Notes: a model not told the origin generated them from the sequence alone. Positions 1 to 9,756 are shown, counted from the stretch's first letter. The stretch: DNA of 64,000 nucleotides from Candidatus Zambryskiibacteriota bacterium (GCA_003233455.1 QILQ01000012.1:4441-68440), one strand, 5' to 3'. Made by a program: numbers and translations.

Positions 1-210
1 TTTCGCCCCAGTGCCTCGGCAACAATCGCAGTTGTTCCGCTCCCCATAAATGGGTCAAAAACAATATCACCTTTATTACTTGCAGAAAGTAAGACTTGTT
101 GAATAAGTTTGAGTGGTTTTTGTGTGGGGTGTGCTTTCATTCCATTTTCATCTTTAAGTCTTTCTTTGCCCTTGCAAAGCCCAAAAATCCAATCTGTGTC
201 TTTCATTTGC
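1..210 (-). CDS. C-terminal module of beta-class N4/N6 DNA methyltransferase (AdoMet-binding motif I region), partial at window edge; separate ORF that re-starts at a duplicated junction motif
   Basis: Minus-strand ATG at 210 preceded by in-frame stop; translation MKDTDWIFGLCKGKERLKDENGMKAHPTQKPLKLIQQVLLSASNKGDIVFDPFMGSGTTAIVAEALGRK = HPTQKP + FxGSGTT motifs of CcrM/HinfI-type MTases; runs off window. Confidence 0.6.
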
Positions 211-228
211 TTTCTAAATTAAACATTC

Positions 229-1047
229 TTAATTTCTAGATGAAAGTTTTTTTACTGTTGTATTTTCAACAAGTGATTTCATTTGAGCTATGGCCACTAA
301 GCTCTCTTTTTGTGATATTTCTTGTCGAATAAGCTCAGCGTTCATACTTTCCAGATTTGCCAAACAAACGAGCTGGTAAACATTCGCCTCATCACGAATA
401 TTACCTTTTTTATTTTTATTTTTATTTTTCTCTCGCCACTGCTTTGCCGTCATTCCAAAAAGTGCCATATTTAAGACGTCGGCTTCATTAGTATAAACAA
501 ATTTAGTTTCTTTGGTTGTTACCAAGTGCGGAACGATATGTTTTTTAATTGCATCTGTATGAATTTTATAATTTATTTTTGATAGTGTCCTTTTTACATC
601 CCAACCAAGCAATAATCTTTTGTTTTCGTCTTCTTTTAGTCTTTGAAACTCTTTGATAATGTAGAGTTCAAATTCTGCAGAAATCCAAGATGCAAATTTA
701 AAAGCAATATCTTTATGAGCAAAAGTTCCACCATTTCTTCCAGATTTTGAAATAAGTCCAATTGCATTTGTATTATTTATCCACTTACTAGGCGAAAGAA
801 CAAAAGCATTTGTTCCTGCGTTTTTCCAAAACTGGTCAAATTCGACCAGTTTAAAATCTGGATTATTTATTTTTTCCCAAAAACCAAGAAATTCAATGGT
901 GTTTTTTGATCTCAACCAATTTTTCACTATATCCGCTGGGGCTTCTGCATTTTTATATTTAGCAATATCAGTAAGCGAAATAAAATCCTCCTCTTTTTGA
1001 GAGAAAAAATTGATATTTACATTTTTGACGATTAATTCTTTTTTCAT
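229..1047 (-). CDS. KilA-N domain protein (phage/virus-type DNA-binding N-terminal domain)
   Basis: 272 aa ORF; N-terminal LIVKNVNINFF...FISLTDIAKYKN...ADIVKNWLRSKNTIEFLGFWEKINNPDF resembles KilA-N domain proteins. Confidence 0.5.
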   Translation of the reverse strand: MKKELIVKNVNINFFSQKEEDFISLTDIAKYKNAEAPADIVKNWLRSKNTIEFLGFWEKINNPDFKLVEFDQFWKNAGTNAFVLSPSKWINNTNAIGLISKSGRNGGTFAHKDIAFKFASWISAEFELYIIKEFQRLKEDENKRLLLGWDVKRTLSKINYKIHTDAIKKHIVPHLVTTKETKFVYTNEADVLNMALFGMTAKQWREKNKNKNKKGNIRDEANVYQLVCLANLESMNAELIRQEISQKESLVAIAQMKSLVENTTVKKLSSRN

Positions 1048-1058
1048 AAATTATATAT

Positions 1059-1751
1059 TTAAGTATGTAAAAATATTTTATTGCGATGATATTCTAAGTA
1101 TTCCTCCCTTCCTGCAACTGGTAAATCTTCAAATCGTTGTCCCGAGTGTATATTCAATCTATCAATATTTTTCTGTGCAAGTGTCACAGAAATTATAATT
1201 TCTTTACTATTTGAGAATGTTATAAATCCTCTATCAAACAACTTATCAAATGTTGGGCTAAACAAAAAACCATTTTTTGTATCCAATCTTTCTCGATTGT
1301 CTGACATTACCCACGGCTTTATGTGGCTTGCGTTTAATATTCTTGGGTCATCAATTTTTGTAATGGGGCATCTTTTTAAGGTTAAAATTAATTTTTTTCT
1401 AAATTGAGCCTGTCCAATTCTTATTTTTGTAATAACATCTTTCGTTGTTATTTTAACTTCTAATTTTCCCTCTGGAAGAACCAAGTTATTTTCATCATAC
1501 TCAAAAAGAGCAAATGTTCCTTCTTCAATTTTTTTAAAAGATTTTTTATTTTTTATTTCCCGATACAAAACACCACGAATTCCAGCTTGCCATTCACGAG
1601 ACGTTTTTGCTTCGGGATAATATTTTTCGATTTCATTATAAATAATCTCCCAAGTGGCAATGCCACCATTGTCTTCAAGTAATTTTTTAATTGCTTCAAC
1701 TTTTGTCATATTCTTTTTCATTAACTTTATTTTTAATCTCAACAATATCAT
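1059..1751 (-). CDS. HNH endonuclease (HNH_2-like, N-terminal winged-helix-like region); candidate restriction or homing endonuclease
   Basis: C-terminal RCPITKIDDPRILNASHIKPW...NGFLFSPTFDKLFDRGFITF matches HNH_2 family signature (C..T......L.AsHIkPw...NGl.LsP..H..FD.G.i). Confidence 0.6.
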   Translation of the reverse strand: MILLRLKIKLMKKNMTKVEAIKKLLEDNGGIATWEIIYNEIEKYYPEAKTSREWQAGIRGVLYREIKNKKSFKKIEEGTFALFEYDENNLVLPEGKLEVKITTKDVITKIRIGQAQFRKKLILTLKRCPITKIDDPRILNASHIKPWVMSDNRERLDTKNGFLFSPTFDKLFDRGFITFSNSKEIIISVTLAQKNIDRLNIHSGQRFEDLPVAGREEYLEYHRNKIFLHT

Positions 1752-1867
1752 TGCGATTAATATCTAAAACTTCAGCTATGGTTTCAAAAAACATTCCATG
1801 ATCTCTTAAGTTTTCACAGGTCTCGGATGAACATCTGATTTGAATTGTAATTTTATCCATATCTTTA

Positions 1868-2645
<778 letters not shown>

Positions 2646-2670
2646 TTTAGTTAAAGTTATCAATACAGAC

Positions 2671-2722
2671 ATTATATCATGGTCTTGTGTTTTGACACAA
2701 TGATAATTTACAACACAAGTGT
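2671..2722 (-). promoter_or_regulatory. Promoter (-10 TATAAT) with two palindromic operator-like boxes (C-box-like) upstream of the C gene
   Basis: Minus-strand TATAAT at 2676..2671; palindromes TTGTGTtttgACACAA (2685-2700) overlapping the -35 position and ACACaaGTGT (2713-2722). Confidence 0.35.
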
Positions 2723-2739
2723 AAAAATATGATAGCGAA

Positions 2740-2986
2740 CCCGAACGACAAAACCATTTCCTTACCTTTCTTTTCTTTCGGTGGAGGGGTCTGGGGAGGA
2801 GCCGAACAAAAAATTGAAAGGAAATGGTTTTGGTCGGGTGGTCGCCCGAGGTACGAGGGCGACGGTGCGGTGGAGTTGAGAGAGTTACCACTAAACTCTG
2901 CCTGCGGAGAGAGTGGTCAGAATTATTTCAGGCTCTCGCCGTGGGGCGTGCGCCCGCAGGTGCACGCATTAAACAGCACGCACTTC
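2740..2986. ncRNA. GC-rich, hairpin-dense ~250 bp element of unknown identity (candidate structured RNA or cluster of palindromic repeat elements)
   Basis: Strong local GC excess in an AT-rich genome; nested perfect stems e.g. CGACAAAACCATTTCC/GGAAATGGTTTTGGTCG, GTCGCCC/GGGCGAC, CCTGCGG/CCGCAGG, GCGTGC/GCACGC; six-frame ORFs here are Arg/Pro/Gly-rich junk. Confidence 0.3.
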
Positions 2987-3060
2987 TGGTGCGGGATGGG
3001 GTAATCGAAACCCCGACTCAAGTTTGGAAAACTCGCATTTTACCACTAAACTAATCCCGC
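2987..3060 (-). tRNA. tRNA-Gly (anticodon UCC), CCA encoded
   Basis: GCGGGAT-TA-GTTT-AGTGGTA-AAAT-G-CGAGT-TTTCCAA-ACTTG-AGTC-GGGGT-TTCGATT-ACCCC-ATCCCGC-A-CCA cloverleaf. Confidence 0.85.
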
Positions 3061-3105
3061 AATACAAGCCATTTTAACATATTTTGTGATAACATCTAAT
3101 TAATT

Positions 3106-3177
3106 GTCGCCGTAGTTCAATGGATAGAACAAGACACTCCTAACGTCTAGATGCAGGTCCGATTCCTGCCGGTGGCA
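3106..3177 (+). tRNA. tRNA-Arg (anticodon CCU), no encoded CCA
   Basis: GTCGCCG-TA-GTTC-AATGGATA-GAAC-A-AGACA-CTCCTAA-CGTCT-AGAT-GCAGG-TCCGATT-CCTGC-CGGTGGC-A. Confidence 0.8.
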
Positions 3178-3190
3178 CATTATGCAAATC

Positions 3191-3214
3191 AAAAATCCCC
3201 GGAAGGGGATTTTT
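3191..3214. terminator. Bidirectional intrinsic terminator between tRNA-Arg and hup
   Basis: AAAAATCCCC-GGAA-GGGGATTTTT perfect hairpin flanked by A/T runs. Confidence 0.6.
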
Positions 3215-3266
3215 GATAAGTGAGAACAAAAGAATTTGTTCTTTGTAAGACGCTATGCGTCTTAAT

Positions 3267-3539
3267 TTACCGAACCGCTTCTTTCAAAGCTTTAGCGGCA
3301 CGAAACTTGGGAACTCTCATCGCCGGCACTTCTACGGCTTCGCCAGTGCGAGGATTTCTAGCCGTCCTAGCTGCTCTTTGCTTAGTTGAGAATATGCCTA
3401 ATCCGGCAATTGAAACTTCGCCCCCTCCTTTAAGAGCATCAACAATATCGTTTATAATAGTTTCAACCACTTCTTCGGATTGAACTTTAGTTCCACCAAG
3501 TTTTGTATGAACGGAATTTGCTAAATCTGCTTTATTCAT
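3267..3539 (-). CDS. hup: HU family DNA-binding protein
   Basis: MNKADLANSVHTKLGGTKVQSEEVVETIINDIVDALKGGGEVSIAGLGIFSTKQRAARTARNPRTGEAVEVPAMRVPKFRAAKALKEAV. Confidence 0.9.
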   Translation of the reverse strand: MNKADLANSVHTKLGGTKVQSEEVVETIINDIVDALKGGGEVSIAGLGIFSTKQRAARTARNPRTGEAVEVPAMRVPKFRAAKALKEAVR

Positions 3540-3777
3540 TTTTTATAAAGATTAAAATTTTTATAATTGCTCGACCCTTCACACTTTTTAAAACGGACAA
3601 TCTCGAGAGTCGTCCGTTCTTCCTTCGCTTATAAGTATATATTTAATAGTCTTTTTGGCAATACCTTGACTACTTGCCTGTGGATAGGTCTTGTTATAGA
3701 TAAAAACTTTTAGATTTAATCTTTTCATAAGTAAACGAAGACCTGAAACATAATCAGCACTTACGTTTCGGGTTTTT

Positions 3778-4113
3778 TTATTTTTTAGAATCTAAATATT
3801 TTTGAAGTTCTGTTTTAAGAGTAGGAATTTCTTCAACCACAGTTTTCCAAACCATTTTCAAACTAATATTAAAATATTCGTGAACCGCCATATTTCGAAA
3901 TCCCAAAATTTTAAACCAAGGAAGTTCTACTTTTAATCTTGTCTCTTCTGATATTTTCCTTGCATCCTCTCCAATAACAACTAATTGCATAATAATAGCA
4001 CTTTGTGTTTTTTGATCAGATAAAAAAATTTCTTGTTTTTGATCCTTAATAAAACTTTCTATTTTAGAAACAGAGTCAAGAATTCTTAATATGTAAACTT
4101 TTTCATTTTTCAT
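3778..4113 (-). CDS. HepT-like HEPN toxin (DUF86)
   Basis: R-x4-6-H motif FRNMAVHEY; follows and overlaps a minimal nucleotidyltransferase gene. Confidence 0.55.
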   Translation of the reverse strand: MKNEKVYILRILDSVSKIESFIKDQKQEIFLSDQKTQSAIIMQLVVIGEDARKISEETRLKVELPWFKILGFRNMAVHEYFNISLKMVWKTVVEEIPTLKTELQKYLDSKK

Positions 4114-4390
4114 ATATAGTTTTAAGTTCAGGAACAATGTAGGGTTTCATAAATTTATCAATACTATCTTCAGTTACCACATCAACATCTCTGCCTAGAG
4201 CTTTTATTAAATCTTCTTTTAAATCCATAAAAGTAAACAAGCTTAGTGACTTACCAAGTCTGACTACTAAATCTACATCACTATCTTCCCTCTGTTCACC
4301 ACGAGAGAAAGAGCCAAATATATCAGCTTTAGTAATACCGTATTTTTCTAATACGGGAAATATTTTAATTTTGATATCATCAATATTCAT
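4103..4390 (-). CDS. MntA-like minimal nucleotidyltransferase antitoxin
   Basis: GSFSRGEQREDSDVDLVV nucleotidyltransferase motif, 95 aa. Confidence 0.6.
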   Translation of the reverse strand: MNIDDIKIKIFPVLEKYGITKADIFGSFSRGEQREDSDVDLVVRLGKSLSLFTFMDLKEDLIKALGRDVDVVTEDSIDKFMKPYIVPELKTIYEK

Positions 4391-4409
4391 GACAATATTA
4401 TATCATAAT

Positions 4410-4754
4410 TTAAGATGTTTTTGAGATAATTTTTTTGAAAGTTTCTGGAGAAGTGGCTGCAATTTCAGAAAGCATTTTACGATTTAAAAGAATTTTAGCA
4501 GTTTTTAGTGACCCTATAAATTTACTATAAGTAAGACCGCTCTCACGCAAAACAGAATTCAAACGAACATTCCAAAGTCTTCTAAAGTCTCCTTTTTTAT
4601 CTCTGCGATGAGCAAAAGCATAAGTGCCGGCATGAACAATGGCCTCATAAGCTTGCTTTTCTTTCTTTGATCGTCCAAAACGATAACCTTTTACCTGTTT
4701 TAACACATTCCTTCTTGTTTTTAGAGCGTTAACTCCTTTTTTTACTCTTGACAT
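4410..4754 (-). CDS. rplT: 50S ribosomal protein L20
   Basis: MSRVKKGVNALKTRRNVLKQVKGYRFGRSKK... Confidence 0.9.
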   Translation of the reverse strand: MSRVKKGVNALKTRRNVLKQVKGYRFGRSKKEKQAYEAIVHAGTYAFAHRRDKKGDFRRLWNVRLNSVLRESGLTYSKFIGSLKTAKILLNRKMLSEIAATSPETFKKIISKTS

Positions 4755-4756
4755 AA

Positions 4757-4942
4757 TTATTGATTATTAAGATATCTGCTTTTATTTTTATTTGTCATAC
4801 TAAAAACAACTTGCCTGCGTTTTTTAAGGGTTGTTTTAGTTCTATTTTTAGCGTTAAAATGATTTTGACCAATTTTTCTAGTCATTAATTTTCCATTTTT
4901 AGTTACTCTAATACGTTTTGAATAAGATTTATTTGTTTTCAT
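4757..4942 (-). CDS. rpmI: 50S ribosomal protein L35
   Basis: 61 aa basic protein between infC and rplT, MKTNKSYSKRIRVTKNGKLMTRK. Confidence 0.8.
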   Translation of the reverse strand: MKTNKSYSKRIRVTKNGKLMTRKIGQNHFNAKNRTKTTLKKRRQVVFSMTNKNKSRYLNNQ

Positions 4943-4985
4943 AGACTCATATATTTTGCATAAATATGTTTATCTGTCAAATTTA

Positions 4986-5498
4986 TTATTTGGCTTTTTC
5001 TATTATCGCCGTCATTCCCTTCGGACTTTTTTTGGGTTCCTCGGCTATTTTAAAATCTTCTGATATCAATTTAAAGAATCTTTCCATTCTTTCTCTCAAA
5101 AAAGTGGTATCCATATACTTAGTTCTACCCGGCAGAAATAAATTTATTTTTACTCGATGACCATTTTTAAGCCATTCAGAAGTCTTTTTAGCTTTAAGAT
5201 TTAGGTCGTGTTCACCGGTGCCAACCTTAATCTGAAGACTTTTCATTTCAACCACGCGTGTTTTAGATTTTATGACTTTCTGTTTTTTATTTTCAGTATA
5301 TAAGAACTTGCCATAGTTAACAATTTTTGCGATTGGCGGTCTAGCGTTTGGCGATATTTCTATCAAATCAAGTCCCTGATCTAAAGCTTTGTTTATTGCT
5401 TCTCTAGTTGAGACCACTCCGAAGTTTTCTCCTTCGGGTCCAATAAGACGAACTTCCGTCGCCTTAATATTATTATTTATTCTATATTTGATAGCCAA
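4986..5498 (-). CDS. infC: Translation initiation factor IF-3
   Basis: IRINNNIKATEVRLIGPEGENFGVVSTREAINKALDQGLDLIEISPNARPPIAKIVNYGKF; infC-rpmI-rplT order. Confidence 0.9.
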   Translation of the reverse strand: MAIKYRINNNIKATEVRLIGPEGENFGVVSTREAINKALDQGLDLIEISPNARPPIAKIVNYGKFLYTENKKQKVIKSKTRVVEMKSLQIKVGTGEHDLNLKAKKTSEWLKNGHRVKINLFLPGRTKYMDTTFLRERMERFFKLISEDFKIAEEPKKSPKGMTAIIEKAK

Positions 5499-5554
5499 AA
5501 ATTATAAATTATTTCTAAAGACAATTAGAGTGTAGCATTTTTATTTATTTCTGT

Positions 5555-6508
5555 CTAAAAAGGATTTCTGGCGCCACGGATTTCAAAGTGAACATGAGGA
5601 CCGGTAGACTTACCAGTGGTGCCAATAAAAGCGATAACTTGTCCTTGTTTTACAGTTTCTCCTACCGAAACTTTATTTCTACTATTATGAGCATATAAAG
5701 TTTGGGTGCCATTTTTATGTCTAAGAACTACATAATTACCATAACCACCATTCCAACCACCAAATTTGCTAATTATCACTTTTCCATCAGCAGAAGCCAG
5801 TATCGGAGCACCAACTGAAGTGGCAAGGTCAACAGCATTATGTCCGTGGATACCTTGAGTTTTTCTGCCACCAACAATCGGTCTTAAATAATAACCTTTA
5901 TATTCTTTAATACCAGAAGAACCGGATGGACTTAAATAACTGGCATAAGATGGGGTGGATATTTCTCCGTCTGGAATTATGATAACAGAACCGACTTTTA
6001 GAGAATCTCCTTTCTTTAAATCGTTGTAAACTATTATTTCATTCATATCTCCTTTATATTTTTTGGCTATAGAAGAAAGAGTATCCTTTTTGACAACAAC
6101 ATGTTTAACTCCAGAAATAGGCAAGATCACCAAAGTTTCTCCAACTTTTAGAATATTAGAAGGAAGGTTATTACCCCATTTTATGGTATTTACCGTCACA
6201 TTAAACATTTCAGCTATTTGAGAAAGAGTATCTCCCGAACGAACCACGTAAGTGCTTATCTGGTCGCTAACAATCTTTGGTATCTCCGAAACAGAACCGG
6301 CGGGACCAATATTGGACACCAAAGCATTGTCTTTAACTTCCGGAATATAAGAAATATTATTACCGAGCGGAGCAACTACCGCTACCAAAAGAGCCATATT
6401 TTGAATATTTTTATTAGGAACTAGATTTTTGCTATCCGAACCTCTCCAAAGAATATTAAATAGACCAGCAGATACCGAGATTGGCAATAGTAAAATAACT
6501 AACACCAA
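5555..6508 (-). CDS. LysM-domain M23 family metallopeptidase
   Basis: Two LysM repeats (YVVRSGDTLSQIAEMFNV; HVVKKDTLSSIAKKY) and M23 motifs HNAVDLA...GPHVHFEIR. Confidence 0.8.
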   Translation of the reverse strand: MVLVILLLPISVSAGLFNILWRGSDSKNLVPNKNIQNMALLVAVVAPLGNNISYIPEVKDNALVSNIGPAGSVSEIPKIVSDQISTYVVRSGDTLSQIAEMFNVTVNTIKWGNNLPSNILKVGETLVILPISGVKHVVVKKDTLSSIAKKYKGDMNEIIVYNDLKKGDSLKVGSVIIIPDGEISTPSYASYLSPSGSSGIKEYKGYYLRPIVGGRKTQGIHGHNAVDLATSVGAPILASADGKVIISKFGGWNGGYGNYVVLRHKNGTQTLYAHNSRNKVSVGETVKQGQVIAFIGTTGKSTGPHVHFEIRGARNPF

Positions 6509-6728
6509 AAATAACTTTTTTAAATTAAAAAAAGATTTTAAATTGATATTTCGCCTGATTTTCGTTAAAAAATAACGTTTATTTGAATCAGGGTCATCGG
6601 GAATTTTTAAAATAAGCCTAAGGTTAATGATAATTCAGGATTTTCTGGAAAATATTGCTCAACAGAGCCATATTTCAGTATTTCTGCAAATTACAAACAC
6701 GCTCAAAATTGTATCAAAACATACTTCT

Positions 6729-6790
6729 TAGTCAACCATAAATGTGAATAATTTATTATATGATTTTAGGATTTGGTGTTATACTGAGTT
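6729..6790. repeat. Copy 1 of duplicated ~60 bp promoter/leader element (extended -10 TGtTATACT)
   Basis: 53 nt identical to 8512-8564; lies directly upstream of membrane-protein gene. Confidence 0.6.
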
Positions 6791-6797
6791 CATTAGA

Positions 6798-7367
6798 ATG
6801 AGTAATCAATTCAAAACATTTTTGAAATTTGCTGGTTTGGCAGTAATTATTATTATTATTCCAATTATTTCCGACTTATTAGGGAAGAATATTATAGAAT
6901 GGTTTTTTCTTCCCGCCGTAGTAATTTTTCTTTTTTTAATCTGGCGTAAATTATCTCCAAAATTAAAAAGTAAAAATCCAGTAGCTGAAAATATTCCCGC
7001 AATAATCAGCTGGCAAAGACAACTTATTTCCTCTCTTATTTTATCCATAGTGGTCTTTTTGGGTTTTGCCATGTTGGTATTTATCTTAATGCCTGTTCTT
7101 GTGGACTTGGCAGTTTTTATTGCTAATATAATAGGAGGGGTTATTACTAATATTATACTTCAGATACTTTTAATACCTTTTTTAATAATTATAATAGCCA
7201 GATGGATTTCAACGATAAAACATTCCATATTGGTGAGATCAGACGACTTTGCCAGAAAATCTGCCGAAAAAAGAATTATAAAACTGTCATTAGCTATAGG
7301 AGTAGTAGTTCTTATTGAAATTGGTCTTTTCTTTGGAAATATGGTGTTCGGTTTGATCGGTCTTTAA
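6798..7367 (+). CDS. Hypothetical polytopic membrane protein
   Basis: ATG at 6798 (MSNQFKTFLKFAGLAVIIIIIP...), multiple hydrophobic helices; the track's upstream start is a GTG inside the repeat. Confidence 0.4.
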   Translation: MSNQFKTFLKFAGLAVIIIIIPIISDLLGKNIIEWFFLPAVVIFLFLIWRKLSPKLKSKNPVAENIPAIISWQRQLISSLILSIVVFLGFAMLVFILMPVLVDLAVFIANIIGGVITNIILQILLIPFLIIIIARWISTIKHSILVRSDDFARKSAEKRIIKLSLAIGVVVLIEIGLFFGNMVFGLIGL

Positions 7368-7500
7368 ATGTAACCGAGTTTTTGATAATTTTTTATTGCA
7401 TAGATGTTCCCGAAAGCAAAACAGATACTGGTTGGTGGATTCTCCTTTTATTGAAATAAAGATATTATAAAATCGTTAGTAGGTAGAATTAATTAAAAGT

Positions 7501-8421
7501 ATGGATTTACAAGAAACAAATCAAAATTTAAACGAGCAGTTTGGGTCAGAGGTTTTTAAAGAAGAAAAAAGACTTAAACGGTGGCAGGCCTGGGTCATGT
7601 ATTTCATAGCGGTTGTTTTCTTGGGCGTTTTGGTTTTTGTGGGGCGTAGTTATTATGCAAACTACAAGGATCAAATGATTATTTCTGCAGTAACAGAGTC
7701 CTTGAGATATATTGACGAGTATAAAAAACAATTTGGTATGTACCCTTCGGGCAAAAATTTTTATGAGAGTTTTTATTATAAAAATTATCCCAAAGAAAAT
7801 AATTTAATAGTGCCTCGAGTTATGTATAGCGACGGAGTTTATCCTTATTCCCAAGTAAAAAATAATCCCGGATTTGCCGGACAAAAAAAAGCCCTTAAAT
7901 CTGTTCAAGAAGAAATGAGAGTGTTTGAAATTAGTTATTTTCTTTCCAAGGATCGATTATATCGAATTGGAGAAAAATGCACAGGCTCGAATGTAATAGG
8001 GTCGCCAATAGATTATTATTGTATTTTAGGAGCGAAAATTAATATTTCTAGCTGGCAAACATACCGCAATGATAAATATGGGCTTGAAATTATGTACCCA
8101 AATAATTGGTTTATTAAGGATAACAATAGAGGCGCCAATTGGGCAATATTTTTACAAGATAAAAAATATGAAAATGATAAAATTAATCCTTCCGGTCTGG
8201 CTATAGCCGATGCGGAGAATACAGACTTAAGTGGTGCAAAAAATAAAAGAGTTTTTGATATAAATGATACACACAGTACAAATTTTCTTGAGAAAGTTAT
8301 AAGTATATATTTTACAGATAATTCAAAAACATTTTTTGCAACATGTACATCCGATATCAATATTTGCAACCAAATCCTCTCCACATTCCGGTTTTTAGGG
8401 CCGGAAACCGAATCCAATTAA
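7501..8421 (+). CDS. Hypothetical membrane-anchored protein
   Basis: 306 aa ORF with N-terminal TM helix, no recognisable domain. Confidence 0.35.
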   Translation: MDLQETNQNLNEQFGSEVFKEEKRLKRWQAWVMYFIAVVFLGVLVFVGRSYYANYKDQMIISAVTESLRYIDEYKKQFGMYPSGKNFYESFYYKNYPKENNLIVPRVMYSDGVYPYSQVKNNPGFAGQKKALKSVQEEMRVFEISYFLSKDRLYRIGEKCTGSNVIGSPIDYYCILGAKINISSWQTYRNDKYGLEIMYPNNWFIKDNNRGANWAIFLQDKKYENDKINPSGLAIADAENTDLSGAKNKRVFDINDTHSTNFLEKVISIYFTDNSKTFFATCTSDINICNQILSTFRFLGPETESN

Positions 8422-8511
8422 TTGAAATTAAGATATTATGGACAAAAAAGATTTAAAAATAGTAGGTCAGCAAGAGCAACCACAATCAAAGTTGTAGCAA
8501 AATAGAGTCTT

Positions 8512-8573
8512 TAGTCAACCATAAATGTGAATAATTTATTATATGATTTTAGGATTTGGTGTTACACTAAATT
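8512..8573. repeat. Copy 2 of duplicated ~60 bp promoter/leader element
   Basis: 53 nt identical to 6729-6781. Confidence 0.6.
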
Positions 8574-8681
8574 TATTAAAAATGGTATTATAACTTTATG
8601 GAATGAGTAAGTAAGTAGGGCAGGCGGACCAACCAACAACCGAATCTTGTTTAATATTTTATACGTTAAGTTAAAAAATCT

Positions 8682-9074
8682 ATGTCAAAAAATTATTTTG
8701 TAAAAATTCTGTCATATTTCATTTTCGCTCAAGCAGTTTTTGTGTTTTATAAATTTATTCCGATGTTATTTCAGTGGTATAGTCCCGAGGCAATATTTCT
8801 ACTCCCATGGGGTTTAGCGATAACGGACGGCATTCTCGCGACAATTACAGGAATTGGAATTTTACTCAAAAAAAAGTGGGGGATAATTTTTTATTTTATT
8901 TTTGCCATATTTCCAATACTGGCGGCAATTTTTCTTTCACAGATAGCCGGTCTTATAATCAGAACAAAACTACCGGGGATTAGTGAAAACTGGCTTGTGA
9001 TTACTAATACTATTTTTGCATTTTATATTCTATTTAGTGAATGGAAAGAGTGGACAACACAAAAGAAAAGCTAA
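8682..9074 (+). CDS. Hypothetical small membrane protein
   Basis: 130 aa, 3-4 hydrophobic helices. Confidence 0.35.
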   Translation: MSKNYFVKILSYFIFAQAVFVFYKFIPMLFQWYSPEAIFLLPWGLAITDGILATITGIGILLKKKWGIIFYFIFAIFPILAAIFLSQIAGLIIRTKLPGISENWLVITNTIFAFYILFSEWKEWTTQKKS

Positions 9075-9756
9075 CGGATAAATAGTTAAAATTATAATTT
9101 TTTTCAAATTATGGGTTAAAAAGGAATTACAAAAATTGTTTTAATTTGGGTCGTAACAATAATGGCCCTTGTTGATTTTATTAGTTTTGTTATTTATCGC
9201 ACAATGGCCAGTTTCAGCTTTGGCGAATTGATATTTTCTATATCCCATATAGTGACAGTCTCTTTGATATATTCAACTTTAGTTGGACTAATTGGTTCTT
9301 TTTTTATTGGTTGGTTAGGCGAAAATCTGAATATAGAAAAAATTTAAAAAAGATATTTCTTATTACCTTTTTAATTTCTATTTTAATATTTCTAATATGG
9401 TATACAATTAGTAGTCTTTCATTAATTCAAAAACATTTTTGAAATTCTCTGATAAGATAGTAATATGAAAAAAGATTTTGGAAACTGGCACAATAAAAAA
9501 GATAAATTAGAAAATATAGAAAAAAGACCGTTTTTTAAAGAAAGAGAAATTTGGTTTTGTTATCTTGGTTTAAATATTGGAGACGAAGAAGATGGAAAAA
9601 GATTGGGTTATAAAATTGGCGAGATAAGTAAAAATGATTTTTCTGAATTAAAAAGAAAACTCAAGAAATTACTTCCTTGAGATTCTTTTTACCTCTGTCT
9701 TGCGACAGAGTCGGACCGAAGCCATTTGTGAATATAGTGTAGCAAAATCAAAAAAA

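Noticed and set aside
2740-2986. Tried to read the GC-rich element as tmRNA, RNase P RNA, SRP RNA or a second tRNA (it contains a D-arm-like GAGTTTAGTGGTAACTC resembling tRNA-Gly)
   Set aside because: No tmRNA acceptor/T-arm pairing or tag reading frame, no P4/CR-I (GGAAAGUCCGG) or CR-V motifs, no SRP GGAA/AGCAGC motif, and no complementary acceptor strand for a tRNA. Left as unassigned.
2729-3054. ORFs called across the GC-rich region and tRNA-Gly (2729..3004+, 2824..3054+, N-terminal 80 aa of 2433..2891-)
   Set aside because: They translate to Arg/Pro/Gly/Trp-rich junk, overlap a clear tRNA and hairpins, and the real C-protein start is the ATG at 2645.
3220-3483. Plus-strand ORF 3220..3483
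   Set aside because: Antisense to the well-supported HU gene.
3545-3777. 46-aa minus-strand ORF (MKRLNLKVFIYNKTYPQASSQGIAKK...) and hairpins AACGGAC...GTCCGTT / CCTGAAAC...GTTTCGGG-T7 between hup and hepT
   Set aside because: Too short, with no recognisable similarity. The hairpins are more simply terminators for flanking genes.
7546-8417. Antisense ORFs 7546..7731 and 8016..8417
   Set aside because: Embedded antisense in the 7501..8421 gene, with low-complexity translation.
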